Both the position numbers and the translations under genes were made by a program. Positions 50,136 through 62,550 of a stretch of 64,000 nt of DNA are shown one piece after another. Under the pieces are notes generated by a model. The model searched no databases, was not told the origin of the DNA, and saw nothing but the letters and a program-made list of their open reading frames with translations. Where the stretch lies: NCBI RefSeq assembly GCF_004010195.1, contig NC_057749.1, forward strand, positions 21,903,998 through 21,967,997, read 5' to 3'. The DNA comes from Chiloscyllium plagiosum. Lineage: Eukaryota. Position 1 is the stretch's first letter; the number at the start of each line of letters is the position of its first letter.

Positions 50136-51053
50136 GAAAGCAATGGTCCAGTGGCATCTTTGCTGGACTGTTAACCTGGCGAGGCAAAAGTGAGGACTGC
50201 AGATGCTGGAGATCAGAGTGTAGATTAGAGTGGTGCTGGAAAAGCACAGCAGGTCAGATAGCATCCGAGAAGCAGGAAAGTCGATGTTTCGGGCAAAAGC
50301 CTTTCATCAGGAATCAGTGAACCTGGAGACTCAGGTAATGCTTCGGAGACCTGGTTTTGAATCCTGCCATGGTAGGATTTAAATTCAATAAAAGTCTGAA
50401 GTTATTAATCTGATGATAAGCATCATTCATGCATGTCATGAAGGGAAGGAAATCTGCCATCCTTACCCTGTCTGCCCGATGTGCGATTATAGACCCAAAG
50501 CAGTGTGTTTGACTGCAATTCTGGTCTCCCTCCTATCGGAAAAACATTGTAAAACTTGGAAGGGTTCAGAAAATATCTACAAGGATGTTGCCAGGGTTGG
50601 AGGATTTGAGCTGTAGGGAGAGGTTGAATAGGCTGGAGCTGTTTTCCCTGGAGCATCAGAGGCTGAGGGGTGACCTTATAGAGTTTTATAAAATCATGAG
50701 GGACATGGATATGATAAATAGACAAAATCTTATCTCTGGGGTGGGGGAATCCAGAACTAGAGGGCATAGATTTAAGGTGAGAGGGAAAAGATATAAAGGA
50801 GACCTGAGGGGCAATTTTTTCACACAGTGAGTGGTATGTGTATGGAATGCATTGCCAGAGGAAGTGGTGGAGGCTAGTACGATTGCAACATTTAAAAGAC
50901 ATTTGGATGGGTATATGAATAGGAAGGGTTTGGAGGGATATGGGGCGGGTGCTGGCAGATGGGACTAGATTGGATTGGGATATCTGGTCGGCATGGACGG
51001 GTTGGACGGAAGGGTCTGTTTCTGTGCTGTACAGCTCTCTGACTCTATGACTC
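50136..51053 (+). mobile_element. SINE-B with nested Penelope A piece (about 50180-50316, -) followed by a CR1 3' fragment (about 50512-51053)
   Basis: Family motifs visible. The CR1 part encodes ERLNRLELFSLEHQRLRGDLIEFYKIMR. Confidence 0.85.
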
Positions 51054-52414
51054 CTAATAGACAAAAAACGTTGGCCTAAATGTTGCCCTCATTCCATGAA
51101 TGAATAAACTAAAGGTGTCTGAGAAGTTATGAATAGTTAAAGAACTGTAGACATGATGTCTATAATGCGTGTAATGACAGACCAATAAATCTTTTTGGTT
51201 TGGTTGTTAGAATTCAATTAATTTGAAAGCTCAGTGACAGATCACAGTGGGCTCCATCATCATGGAAATAATTGGATCTTCAATTTACCTGTGAGCTTGC
51301 TGGAAAACTTCATTGAAATTTGAACTTGATGTGGTTTGCAAATCAATGAGAGAGGTCAGCCACAGAGATAACAGTTAGATAGACCTGCGCTGTAAGCAGA
51401 ATAAAACACCAACTTCATTTTTGACCACATTAAAAATAAGTGAGGCTTAATCTCAGTTTGAAACTTGTGAGGGCAGAAGGGCTGAATGGTTCCTTAGTCT
51501 GAAGCTTGGAGGAGACTCTACACTGGACCTTATGGTGTCCTATTGTGAAATAATCAGCTGCCGTAACTTGGGAGCGCTTGAAATGTAACCAGAATCAGGG
51601 ATTGAGGCCTACACACAAAAAAAAATGGTAAATGGATGATTCATCTCTGAAAATAGTTGGAACTGTGAGGAATTCTCTCGTGGACTTTTGCATGGTTCCT
51701 ACAGAAGTAAGTAATGTGAAGATTGATTAACCTTGTTCGAGAATTCTTGGGGAAGTAAAAAGTTTACAATATTCCTGAGTTCAGTTAATAGAGTGTGTTT
51801 GACTTAATTATTTTACACACAATGAAGTGAGTTGCAAAAGAAAATGAAATCATGTCGTATAGATGTACTGTTTGATACAGTTTCTGCTTTGCAAACGGGT
51901 TTTATTCTGGAGTCTGTCATAAGTTGATTTGTTTACAAGTCAGAATACAATGCAGAATAATATGAAGGAGCTGTACATAAGCACAGGAAATGTTTATATA
52001 GCAGACCTTTGAAATTGTACCCCTGCATGAGTCACATTTATAAGTGCAAGTATTTTTGGAGGTTGCATGTCGGTATGTCGGGGGCACCTGATATTTTGAT
52101 TTCTTTATCAATGTTAATAGTTCCTAACCAGATCATAATGGAATCCTGTGGAGGTTATAAAAATAAATTCTGGGAATTAGTCCTGTTCTAGTTAAAATCC
52201 TTTCTTTCATTGCATTCTCAATCCATAGTTTGTTCAACACCAATTTGAATAGTTTCAATGAGGATGATGTTGGTGAAGATTTGCCACTGACCAAACAGAG
52301 ACTGAGGAAAAATGTATTCATGATTTGCAGGTATAGTTATTTACCAGACTTGAACGAATTTTATCCAACACGTGTTTGTTTTGTGAATATGTTTAATGAA
52401 CATCTGAGGCCTAT

Positions 52415-53410
52415 GTTCTCAGGAGTTTAGAAGAATGAAAGGGGATGTAAGTGAGTATATAAATTGCTAAAGGAGTTTGACAAAATGGACGTCAAGAGAA
52501 TGTTCCTTCATGTGGGACTATCTAGAATGATAAGTCACCGTTTTAGGATAAAGGGTAGGAGGTTCAAAATGGAGATCAGGAGGAATTACTTCTCTGAATC
52601 CATGGAATTCACAACACGACGTTGTGGAGGATGTTGGGACATTGCGTAAATTGAAGGAGGAGATAGACAGATTGTTAATGAGTAGTGGGTTTGTAGCATT
52701 TGTAATGAGGTCAGCCAGGTAGACCTCACAGAATAGGAGTTCCCTGGTGGGGACTGCTAATCTTGTCCAATCAAGGAGCCCTGGCTGACAGATAGAAACA
52801 GGAGGTAACACCCTGGAGTTGTTCAGGGAGAGGTGGGCACCGCAGGGAGTGGAGTGCATTTTTTCCCCCTCCAACTCTATTTTGATTTAATCCCTGCCCT
52901 CCCCTTCACTGTTTGATCACACAGCATTGCCCTTTTGTGAAGGGCAGTGCTTGTCACTGGCCACTCGGGTGTTTTCCTATCTTCCTGGTGGTGGAAATTG
53001 AATAAAGATTCGTGCACCTTGTGTCTCTCACCATATCTCACACCTACACACACACACCATGGGTGCTGGGAAAAAAATTAAGCACTACTGCAGTTAGGCA
53101 GTAGTGTGGGGGTTAGCAGTAAAAAAAAAGAAAAAAAGAAAAAAGAAAAAAAAGAGACAGGAGGTCAGACATCCTGTTCACCCTTAGAGCTGGCTCTGAG
53201 GGAGCTGGATCAGTGTCAAGGACTCCCCACATGTAAATAAAAGGGGATTTGATAACGGCCTCACTGGAGCTATTTCAAAGTTGAAGGATTGTGGAGAGCA
53301 GGCAGGATAACGGACTTGAGGCAGAGATGAGATCAGCCATGATCGTATTGAATGGCAGGACAAGGACTGAATGGTCTCATCTGCTTCTAATTCTAACATT
53401 ATGACTATGA
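52415..53410 (+). mobile_element. CR1 3' fragment interrupted by a probable solo LTR (about 52692-53277)
   Basis: CR1 encodes HRFRIKGRRFKMEIRRNYFS and its tail resumes at about 53280. The insert runs TGTA...TTCA with CCAAT and AATAAA. Confidence 0.6.
52807..53153 (+). mobile_element. 5'-truncated Tx1/L1-type LINE with poly(A)
   Basis: Encodes NTLELFRERWAPQGVECIFSPSNSILI*. AATAAA at 53001, A-rich tail at 53121-53153, TSD GA(A/G)ACAGGAGGT. Confidence 0.7.
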
Positions 53411-53849
53411 CCCCTGTGGTCATTTCTGCTAAAACGTGGGACCCCATACAGCTCAAAGTATGCATTGTACATCCTTAAACATTTTGTAACAGTAACCTGG
53501 AATCCTGGGCTGAGCTTGTTTGAGGATCAGGCAACCCACATTAGAATGTATTACAACACATACTGACGTGTTGGCTCTGAGACACCGGTTCTCATTTCAT
53601 CAAACCTTTCGAAAGAATGTATATAAATGCTAGTCATCCTTATTTGCTCTCCCTTTATGCATGATCTATGCGTCTCATTGTGCTGAGCAATTATCATAAT
53701 TAGCAGGCAGAATAGAACAGGTTGTCTGTCTCTATTCCACTCAAACAGACTGGGGGTTAAGATTGTGCTGTGATCCCCATGTCAGTTTCCAAGGCCCAGT
53801 CGATTTATAGCCCAGTACTCCACGACAAAACTAATTCGAAAAATGTGGA

Positions 53850-56800
53850 TTAATAAATGACATTCGCAATGGATTTGTTAAAGGCAGATCCTGTTTGATT
53901 AACTTCATGAGAATTCTTTGATGAAATGACAAGAGAGGATTGATGAGGATCGGCATCACGATGGGTGCTCTGCTGAAAGGCAAGCCCTTGACTCATTGTC
54001 TGCTGATGTTTTACCCTGAGCTGTTTCCTTTGCCTGTATTTTCGTTGGTGGTGGCTTCCCATTGCCTGCCATGATCAAGGGCAAGATGAAGGAGGCGGAT
54101 GCCAACCCTACCATAACAGCAACACCCCAGCTGTTAACAATGTTCTGATCTGTTCACCAAATATCTAAACAAACTGGCCCCCATGTTTACATGAATGGTC
54201 AAAAGCCTCTGGGACAAGTCGCACAGAATTGACAAGATAATGAAAGTAAAGTCCATGGGAATAAATGGACAGCGGTAGAACGGAGATACAAAACTGGTTT
54301 AGGGACAGATTGTGGAATGCTTATTTTTAAACTGAAGGAAATGACTTTATCAACATTAACGGGTTCATGAATAAGAAGGGTTTGGAGGGATATGGGCCAA
54401 ATGCCGGCAAGTGGGACTAGATTAATTTAGGATATCTGGGTCGGCATGGATGAGTTGGACCGAAGGGTCTGTTTCTGTGCTGCACAACACTAGGACTCTA
54501 AATCATACTGCACAATTAGTATTAGGAGAATTGCTCTTTTTGGACATATATAGCAATATCTTGATTGTGGGTGTAGAGGGCATAATTTCAAAGTTTGGAG
54601 ATAATACAAAACTCAGAAATGTGAGCAGTGAGAAGGGCAGGAGCAGACTTCTGGAAGAGTTAAATAGGGTAGATGAACTAGGCAGACACGTGAGAGGACC
54701 TTAATATGGGGATAGTACAAAATGAGACATGTTGGTAGGAGGAATTCAGAGAGGCAACTTACATTAAGAACATAAGCAATAGGAGCAGGAGTAGGCCACT
54801 CAGTCCCTCAATCCTGTCCTGCCATTTTGTAAAATGATGCCTGACTTGCCCCAGGCCTCAACACCCCTCCCATGCTAGTTACGATTATCCCTCAACTCAT
54901 TATCTCCTCTTTAAACACTTCCAGTGATCCAGCCTCCACAACTCTTGGGGCTGAAGAATTTCAGGCATTCAATATTCCCTGAGGGAAGAAATGCCTTTGC
55001 ACCTCAGTTTTAAACCAGCTTCCCCTTATCCTGTAAACTACATCCCCTGGTTCAAGAAACGCCCAGGTCAGGCAGCATCCAAGGAACAGGACAATCGACG
55101 TTTCGGGCATAAGCCCTTCTTCAGGAATGAGGAAAGTGTGGACACACTTTCCTCATTCCTGAAGAAGGGCTTATGCCCGAAACGTCGATTCTCCTGCTCC
55201 TTGGATGCTGCCTGACCTGCTGCGCTTTTCCAGCAACACATTTTCAGCTCTGATCTCCAGCATCTGCAGACCTCACTTTCTCCTCAAGAAACGCGCAGCC
55301 AATGGAAGCTTCTTCTCAACATCGACCATGTTGAGCCCCCTCAGAATCTTGCACATTCAATAAGATCACTCCTCATTCTTCCAAACAAGAATAACTAAAG
55401 GCCTGACCTGTTTAGCCATCTACAATCAACCCCCTTCATCCTGGAAATCCACTTCATGGCTTTTTTTTTTAAAACTCTGCCTCCAATGGCAACGTGTCCT
55501 TTATTAAATATTGGGACCAAAACTGTGCACAATACTCCAGGTGAGGCAAGACGTCCCTGCTTTTAAACTCCAACCCTCGAGCAGTAAAGGCCAAAGTTCC
55601 ATTTGCCAGTTGACTTACATTCTGCACCGGCCGCTAACATTTTCTGCTTCAAGCTCAAGATCACCCAGATCCCTCTGCGCTATACTTCTCTTGGAGTCTC
55701 TCTATTCACATAACAGTCTAGCGTTTGATTCTTTTCATTAGAGTGCATGATATTACATTGACCTACACAAAACTCCATCTGGTATGTTTTTGCCCACTCT
55801 CACTCATGATCTATTGCCCCTTTTTTATGCCCTCATCTCAACATGTTCTCCCATCTATTTTTTCATCTTTGACAAATTTGTACACATTACAGTCAGCTCC
55901 CTCCTACAAATTCATCAACATCAGTAGTAAATCATTGAGGCCTTGGGACTTATCCTGGTAATACTCCAGCAGTTATATTTTTCTAATCTGAAAAAAGACA
56001 CATTAATCCTGAATCTCTGCTTCTGTGCTAACCCATATCCAATCCATGATAATACATTACCCCCAACACTATGAGCTTCTACTTTGTGCAATAACCATTT
56101 ATTGACAGCTTAACAAATGCCTTCAATAAATCCAACAGGAAAGGATATTTCGTCTGATTAGCACCTTGTTATTTGTTTGGCAGGGGTGGCTACTGCAGAA
56201 GCTGGAGATTAGAGTCAATATTAGAGTGGTGCTGGAAAAGCACAGCATCTGAAGTGCAGAAAAATCAATGTTTCGGGCAAAAGCCCTTCATCAGGAATCC
56301 CTTGCTATTTGTTGTCTAGCCCAGCATTTATTGCCCATTCCTCATTGCCCAGAGAGCAGTTAAGAGTCAACCATATTGCTGTTGGTCTGGAGTCACATGT
56401 AGGCCAGACCAGATAAGGATGGCTGACTTCCTTGCCTAAAAGACATTAGTGACCCAGATGGGCCCATCCCCCCAACGATCAATTCACTGAACTCCTCATT
56501 CCAGATTGTTATTGAATTTAACCATCAGCCATGGCAGAATTTGAGGCTAGGTTTACAGAACATTACCTGAGTCTCTGGATTGACGGCGACAATACCACTA
56601 GGTCACCAGTGCCCCTGTACAATATGCTTACCCGCTCCCCTTTATCAACTGTAGCAAATTTGTCATGCACAATTTCTCTTTCATAAAACCATGTCGACTG
56701 CATTTGATTGTATTAGACTTTTCTATATGTCCTGCTAATTTTTCTTTAATAACAGACTCCAGCATTTTCCCAATGCCAAATGTTGTGTTGATTGCCCTAT

Positions 56801-57300
56801 AGTTTGCTGTTTTCTGTCTCCTCCCTTAAAAAGGGGTATCATGTTAGCAGTTTTCCAATCTAAAGAAGCATCCCAGAATCCAGTGAGTTCTGACATATTT
56901 CACCCACTATCACTACAGCCACTTCCTGTGAAATCCTTGGATGCAGTCCATCAGATCCTGGTGATTTGTCTGTCTTCACTCCCATCAGTTTATCAAATAC
57001 TTTGTCCCTTGTGATAGAAGCTGTTACAAGACCTTTCCTCCAATTAGCACCTTGTTTACCTGCCGACATTGGGATAGCCCTCTATGAGGAATACTCTGCT
57101 ACTTCCCGACTTTCCTGTTATCAAGTCCCCAGTCTCATCCTCCAAGTTTCTCATGTGCTTCATTCTCCTCAACAGGTACTTCTTTCTTGAATGGAAGCTT
57201 TTTTTTGCAGAACGTTATGAAATATCTGCCACTGTTCATCCACTGACCTTCCTCCTGGTCTACTTCCCCAGCCTGCTTTAGGCAAATCATTCTGTGCAGG
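53850..57300. mobile_element. Mosaic of old CR1 fragments on both strands, with a SINE-B at about 56320-56615
   Basis: Fragments encode GIISKFGDNTKL (decayed FADD) and DKSPGSDGLHPRI. Confidence 0.7.
55043..55283. mobile_element. Penelope-like family A near-perfect fold-back with two hammerhead motifs
   Basis: About 95-bp inverted arms centred near 55141. TSD TCAAGAAACGC on both sides. Motifs at 55093-55128 (-) and 55154-55190 (+). Confidence 0.9.
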
Positions 57301-57549
57301 TCATAGAGTCATAGAGATGTACAGCATGGAAGCAGACCCCTTCGGTCCAACCCGTCCATGCCGACCAGATATCCCAACCTAATCTAGTCCCACCTGCCAG
57401 CACCCTGCCCATATCCCTCCAAACCCTTCCTATTCATATACCCATCCAGATGCCTTTTAAATGTTGTAATTGTACCAGCCTCCACCACTTCCTCTGGCAG
57501 CTCATTCCATACACATAACACCCTCTGTGTGAAAAAGTTGTCCCTTAGG
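57300..57549 (-). mobile_element. Young CR1/HER1 3' end
   Basis: GTCATAGAGTCATAGAGATGTACAGCATGG tail. Confidence 0.9.
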
Positions 57550-58139
57550 AGGTCTGTGGCTGCTTTTATTTATGTGGAGGACATTAGTTTGAGATCCACG
57601 TTGGTCCCCCTGAAACTGAAGTTGAAACGAGCATTGCTTGAAAAAAAACACATTTTGTTGTAGCTTTTTACTTTATGCTCATCAGGACAATTCACAAGAA
57701 TGCCAATGTAAATGCTGATTGTTTTTCATAGAGCAACAAGATTGAGAATAATGGAAGGTTGTGATGGAGTAAGAATAGAGAAAGGTATATAAAAAATAAA
57801 GGCAAAAATAGAGTAGGTAAGAAAGCACATTTTATTCATTGTTAGAGGGTCAATTACCAGGGAACATAGATTTAGACACATTGGATTCGAGGATAGTTCC
57901 TGTGATTGGAAAATTGCTAACGTGATGCCTCTTTACAAGAGGGAAGACAGGAAGCAGCAAACTATAGGACAGTCAGCATAGCAGCTGTCATTGGGAAAAT
58001 GCTGGAGTCTATTATTAAAGAAAACTTAGCAGGACATTCAGAAATGCCTAACACGATCAAACAACATGGTATTGTGAAAGGGAAATACTGTGTGACACAT
58101 TTGCTAAAGTTGATAAAGGGGGACTGGTAAGTATAGTGA

Positions 58140-58320
58140 GTAGTTGAAAAGTGTGGTGCTGGAAAAGAACAGCAGGCCAGTGGCATTCGAGGAGCAGGAG
58201 AGGCGATGTTTTGGGCATAAGCCCATTCCTGATGAAGGGCTTAAATCTGAACGACCGATTGTCCTGCTCCTTGGAAACTGTCTGACTGGCTGTGTTTTTC
58301 CAGCACCACACTTTTCGACT
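58140..58320. mobile_element. Penelope-like family A fold-back
   Basis: Inverted AAAAGTGTGGTGCTGGAAAA arms with internal CTGATGAAGGGCTTA. Confidence 0.8.
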
Positions 58321-58809
58321 GTGTGTGTGTGGTGTGGGGGAAGGCGGTGGTGGGGGGGGGTGGGGGGGGGAGGTGTGATGGCCTCGGAGGTAGAAAGATA
58401 AGTGAAGAGCTCAGGGGGAGTTTTCTTTTTAATCTAGAGTCTGGTGGAAGTCTGCAATACGCTGCCTAGAAAGGTTGGCTGAGTCAAAAACTCTGGTAAT
58501 CTTTTAGCAATACTAACCTTGCATTGCCATTGCCTCTGGGGATGAGGCCCAAGAACTGGAGGATAGGACAGACCTGGTGGGCCGAATAACCTCCTTCTGT
58601 GATGTAACAATCATTGAGTCCATAATGTATTTTCGGGGGCAGGATTAGTAGATGATTGACAAAAGCATGGATAGGGATAAACATTGGGTGGACTCATTCA
58701 GGCTGAGAGGTGGCATATCGAAGAATGGGAAGGGAAAGTTAATGAGGCGGGATGGTAATGATCTGGAAGCCTATTACTTTCCCAACCTACTGCCTAATGA
58801 CGTTCTTTC

Positions 58810-59805
58810 TTTAATCTACATTCTTGGGGTTACTGGCTGGGCTCTGTATTTATTGCCCATCCCTAGTTGCCCCTTGAGAAGGTGGGGGTGAGCTGCCTTC
58901 TTGAACCGCTGCAGTCCACCTGCTGTGGGTTGACCCACAATGCTGTTAAGGAGGGTGTTCCAGGATTTTGACTCAATGAATATATTTCCAAGTCAGGATG
59001 GTGAGCGGCTTGGAAAAGATTGGAGGTCATTGTGTTCCCATGTATCTGCTACTCTTCCTCTTCTGGATGGAAGTGGTCCTGGGTTTGGAAAGTGCTGCCT
59101 GAGGATCTTTGGTGAATTTCTCCAGCGCACCTTGTAGATAGTACACACTGCTGAGACTGAGCGTTGCAGGTGGAGGGAGTGGATGTGGTGCCAACCAAGC
59201 GGCTGCTTTGTCTTGGAGTGTGTCAAGCTTCTTGAGTGTTGATGGAGTTGCGCCCAACCAGGCAAGTGGGGAGCATTCCATCACACTTCTGTCTTGTTCC
59301 AGTGGACAGGCTTTGGGGGGAGTCAGAGGGTGAGTTACTCGCTGCAGTAACTCACTCTCTGATCTGTTGTAATGATCGTATTTACATGGTGAGTCCAGTT
59401 CAGTTTCTGGTCAATGGTAATCCCCAGAATGTTGATAGTGAGGATTTCAGTGATGGTCAGATCAATGATCTGCAGAGACAGCCTGGCACTTGGAGAGAGT
59501 GAGGACGCAGATGCTGGAGATCAGAGTCAGGAGTGTGGTGCTGGAAAAGCACAGCAGGTCAGGCAGCATCTGAGGAGCAGTAGAATCGATGTTTCGAGCC
59601 TAAGCCCTTCATCAGGTCTGAGATCTTCATCATTCCTGAAGAAGAGCATATGCTCAGAACATTGACTCTCCTGCTCTGTGGATGCTGCCTGGCCGGCTGT
59701 GCTTTTCCAGCACCACATTTCCTTGCCTGGCACTTGCGTAGTGTGAATATTACTTGCCACTTCTGAGCCTGACCCTGGGTATTGTTCAGCCCTTGTTGAA
59801 TTTGG
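58810..59805 (-). mobile_element. CR1/L2-clade LINE 3' region (putative SINE-B partner) with nested Penelope A fold-back (59493-59724)
   Basis: Encodes MECSPLAWLGATPSTLKKLDTLQDKAA. TSD GCCTGGCACTTG at 59481-59492 and 59725-59736. Confidence 0.75.
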
Positions 59806-60660
59806 ACAAGGGGCCAGTTTCTTTTTCTTTTATTTTGTCTTTCTTTTTATCTCCAGAAGTGCTCGCATACAAGACTGGTCCACAATTCATAGCCGTTTCC
59901 AGGCCTCATCCTGACTGGGCTGCCATTATTTCAGCTCAAGTCAGGGTGAGACTGGGTTAACCTCCCCAGCAGTCTGGACAGACTGTCAGTTTGCAGGGTG
60001 GTCCTGGGGTGGGGGGGGGGGGGGGGTGTGGTGTGGGGGTGTACTAATCTGNNNNNNNNTGGGACGAACATTGCGAGGCTGCCCCCCCTCTACCCCCAGT
60101 GCAGACGCCACTGTATTACCCCCCCTCTCCACTAACCTTTCCCCATGGGCCCCCAGGCTGGCTCTGTGAGGATCAGTAAATCACAAGCTGAATGATGACG
60201 ATTGAAGGTGGCCAGTGGAATTATTCAGGCTCTTGTTGAAAGGAATCACTCTGGCCATATAGCTTCACCCATACAGCAACACCTGCAGTTTACCTTTGTT
60301 TCTAACATAGCTCGAATATACCCATCAAGACAAGTGGCATATTCATACCCTGATGTCTGTCTATGTGAAGTAGTGTAATTCAGTTTCTGATCAATGCTAA
60401 CTTCCCTAACTTTCCCCATTCCTGCATCCCCCCCCCCCCCCCCCAACAACACCACCACCACCACTAAATATTGCCATTTGAGGATTCAGTCAAGGGGAGA
60501 TGGTTCAGTCTATCTCTCTTCTGAAGATAGTCACTGCTTGGACACTTGCATGACACTAATGTTATTTCCCTCTTGTCAGCTTAAGCATGGATTTTGTCCA
60601 GCTCATATGCACACCATCTGCTTTAGTGTCTTAGGAGTTGCTGAACATTGTGCAATCACC

Positions 60661-60938
60661 ATGGTATGGTGGCTCAGTGGTTAGCACTGCTGTCTCACAG
60701 TGCCAGGGACCTCGGATCGATTCCATCCTTGGGCGATTGTCTGCTTGGAGATTGCTTGTGCTCCCTGTGTCTGTGTGGGTTTCCTCCCACAGTCCAAAGG
60801 TGTGCAGGTTAGGTTGATTAGCCATGAGAAATGCAGGGTTATAGGGATAGGGATGTGGGTCTGGGTGAGATTCTCTTCGGAGGGTTGGTGTGTATTCAAT
60901 GGGCCAAATGGCCTGTGTCCACATTGTAGGGATTCTAT
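60661..60938 (+). mobile_element. HE1-type SINE
   Basis: Head and tail motifs present. Confidence 0.85.
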
Positions 60939-61774
60939 AATTAATGAAAATTCCCCACTTCTGATCTAATGATGGAAGAAAGTCTAATAAAGTCTCACGT
61001 TTGTAACAGGAGCTAATTGTAAAAGCCTCTGAAAGATGCAATAGAGTGAAGTTGAGTTTGCTGAAGAATCTGACAGGGTTTTGATCTGACGTTTTGGGGT
61101 ATTGGCAATAGCCTGGTCTGTTAGCCTATACTAGAGGCTTTTAAGACCATGTTAGAGTGTGGAACAGGAGTTCCATGTTCACCAGACCAAGCAGCTTCTG
61201 TGGGGTTTGTGCCTATGCTGCTTAACAAATTAACAGATTTATCAGCTTCAATTTGCAAATTGCCGGGATTGGATTTGACCTCACGACGCTTGGCTCGCTG
61301 GTCTAGTAACATCATCATTAGGCGACTGTACAATTGGTGAGTTATGTGAAACTTCGGATGATTTATAGTGCAGACAATCCCATAATGCTGCAAGGAATGA
61401 TCTCATTTGCATTACAATCCATCACCATCCCTTCTATTTACTGCCCCTGCCTTGAGCTGACAGGACTGGCCAGTCTGTACAACCAAGTCCTGAGGCTTAA
61501 TCCCAGCTGTAACAAGAATAGTTTCACAGGGTGTAGGCATGTGTCTGTTCTGAGAATTAATGATTGCCCATGCTGGAGGGAAGGACTGACAGCTGATCAT
61601 CTTAGTTATAAAATATCAATCACACACAAGGTTTGGCAAGTTGATTATGCGGGCCTCTTGTTTTAAAGATGATTATATAAAGATAAAGTTCACGAGGAAC
61701 TCAGTGCTGTATATCACACGCTTATCAATGCAGCCTTCCCTGGGACTCAATTACAAATCAATCAATCAATCAAA

Positions 61775-62550
61775 GAGTGATAGAGATATACAGACCCTTC
61801 AGTCCAACTCATCCATGCTGACCGAACATTCTAACATAATCTCGTCCCATTTTCCAGCATTTGACCCACATCCTTCAAAACCCTTCCTATTCATATACCC
61901 ATCCAGATGCCTTTTAAATGTTGTAATTGTACCAGCTACCACCACTTTCTCTGGCAGTTCATTCCATACACATACCCCCCCTATTTGCGAAAAAGCTACC
62001 CCTTAGGTCCCTTTGAAATCTTTTCCCCATCTCACCTTAAACCTATGATCTCTAGTCTGGATTCCCCCACCCCAGGGAAAAGACTTTGCCTATTTACCCT
62101 ATCCATGCCCCTCATGATGTTATAAACCTCTATAAGGTCACCTCTCAACTGCCAACGCTCCAGGGAAAACATCCCCAGCCTGTTCAGCCTTTTCTTTTTG
62201 CTAAAACCCTCCAAACCTGGCAACATCCTTGTAAATCCTTTCTGGACCCTTTCAAGTTTCACAATATTCTTATAATAGGAGGGAGACCAGAATTGCACAC
62301 AATACTCCAAAAGTGGCCTAACCAACATCCTGTACAGCCACAACATGACCTCCCACTTCTTATATGCAATGCACTGACCAATAAAGGAAAGCATACCAAA
62401 TGCCTTCTTCACTATCCTATCTACCTGCGACTCCACTTTCAAGGAATTATGAACCTGCACCCCAAGATCTCTTTGTTCAGGAACACTCCCCAGGACCTTA
62501 TCATTAAGTGTGTAAGTCCTGCCCTGATTGGCTTTCCCAAAATGCATCAG
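61775..62550 (-). mobile_element. CR1/HER1-type LINE ORF2 3' fragment
   Basis: ORF 62032-62571 encodes EQRDLGVQVHNSLKVESQVDRIVKKA...LYRMLVRPLLEYCVQFWSP. Confidence 0.92.

Noticed and set aside
60005..60059. G-quadruplex-like G runs (also 58330-58375, 34270-34298)
   Set aside because: Low-complexity runs, one next to an N gap, with no functional context.
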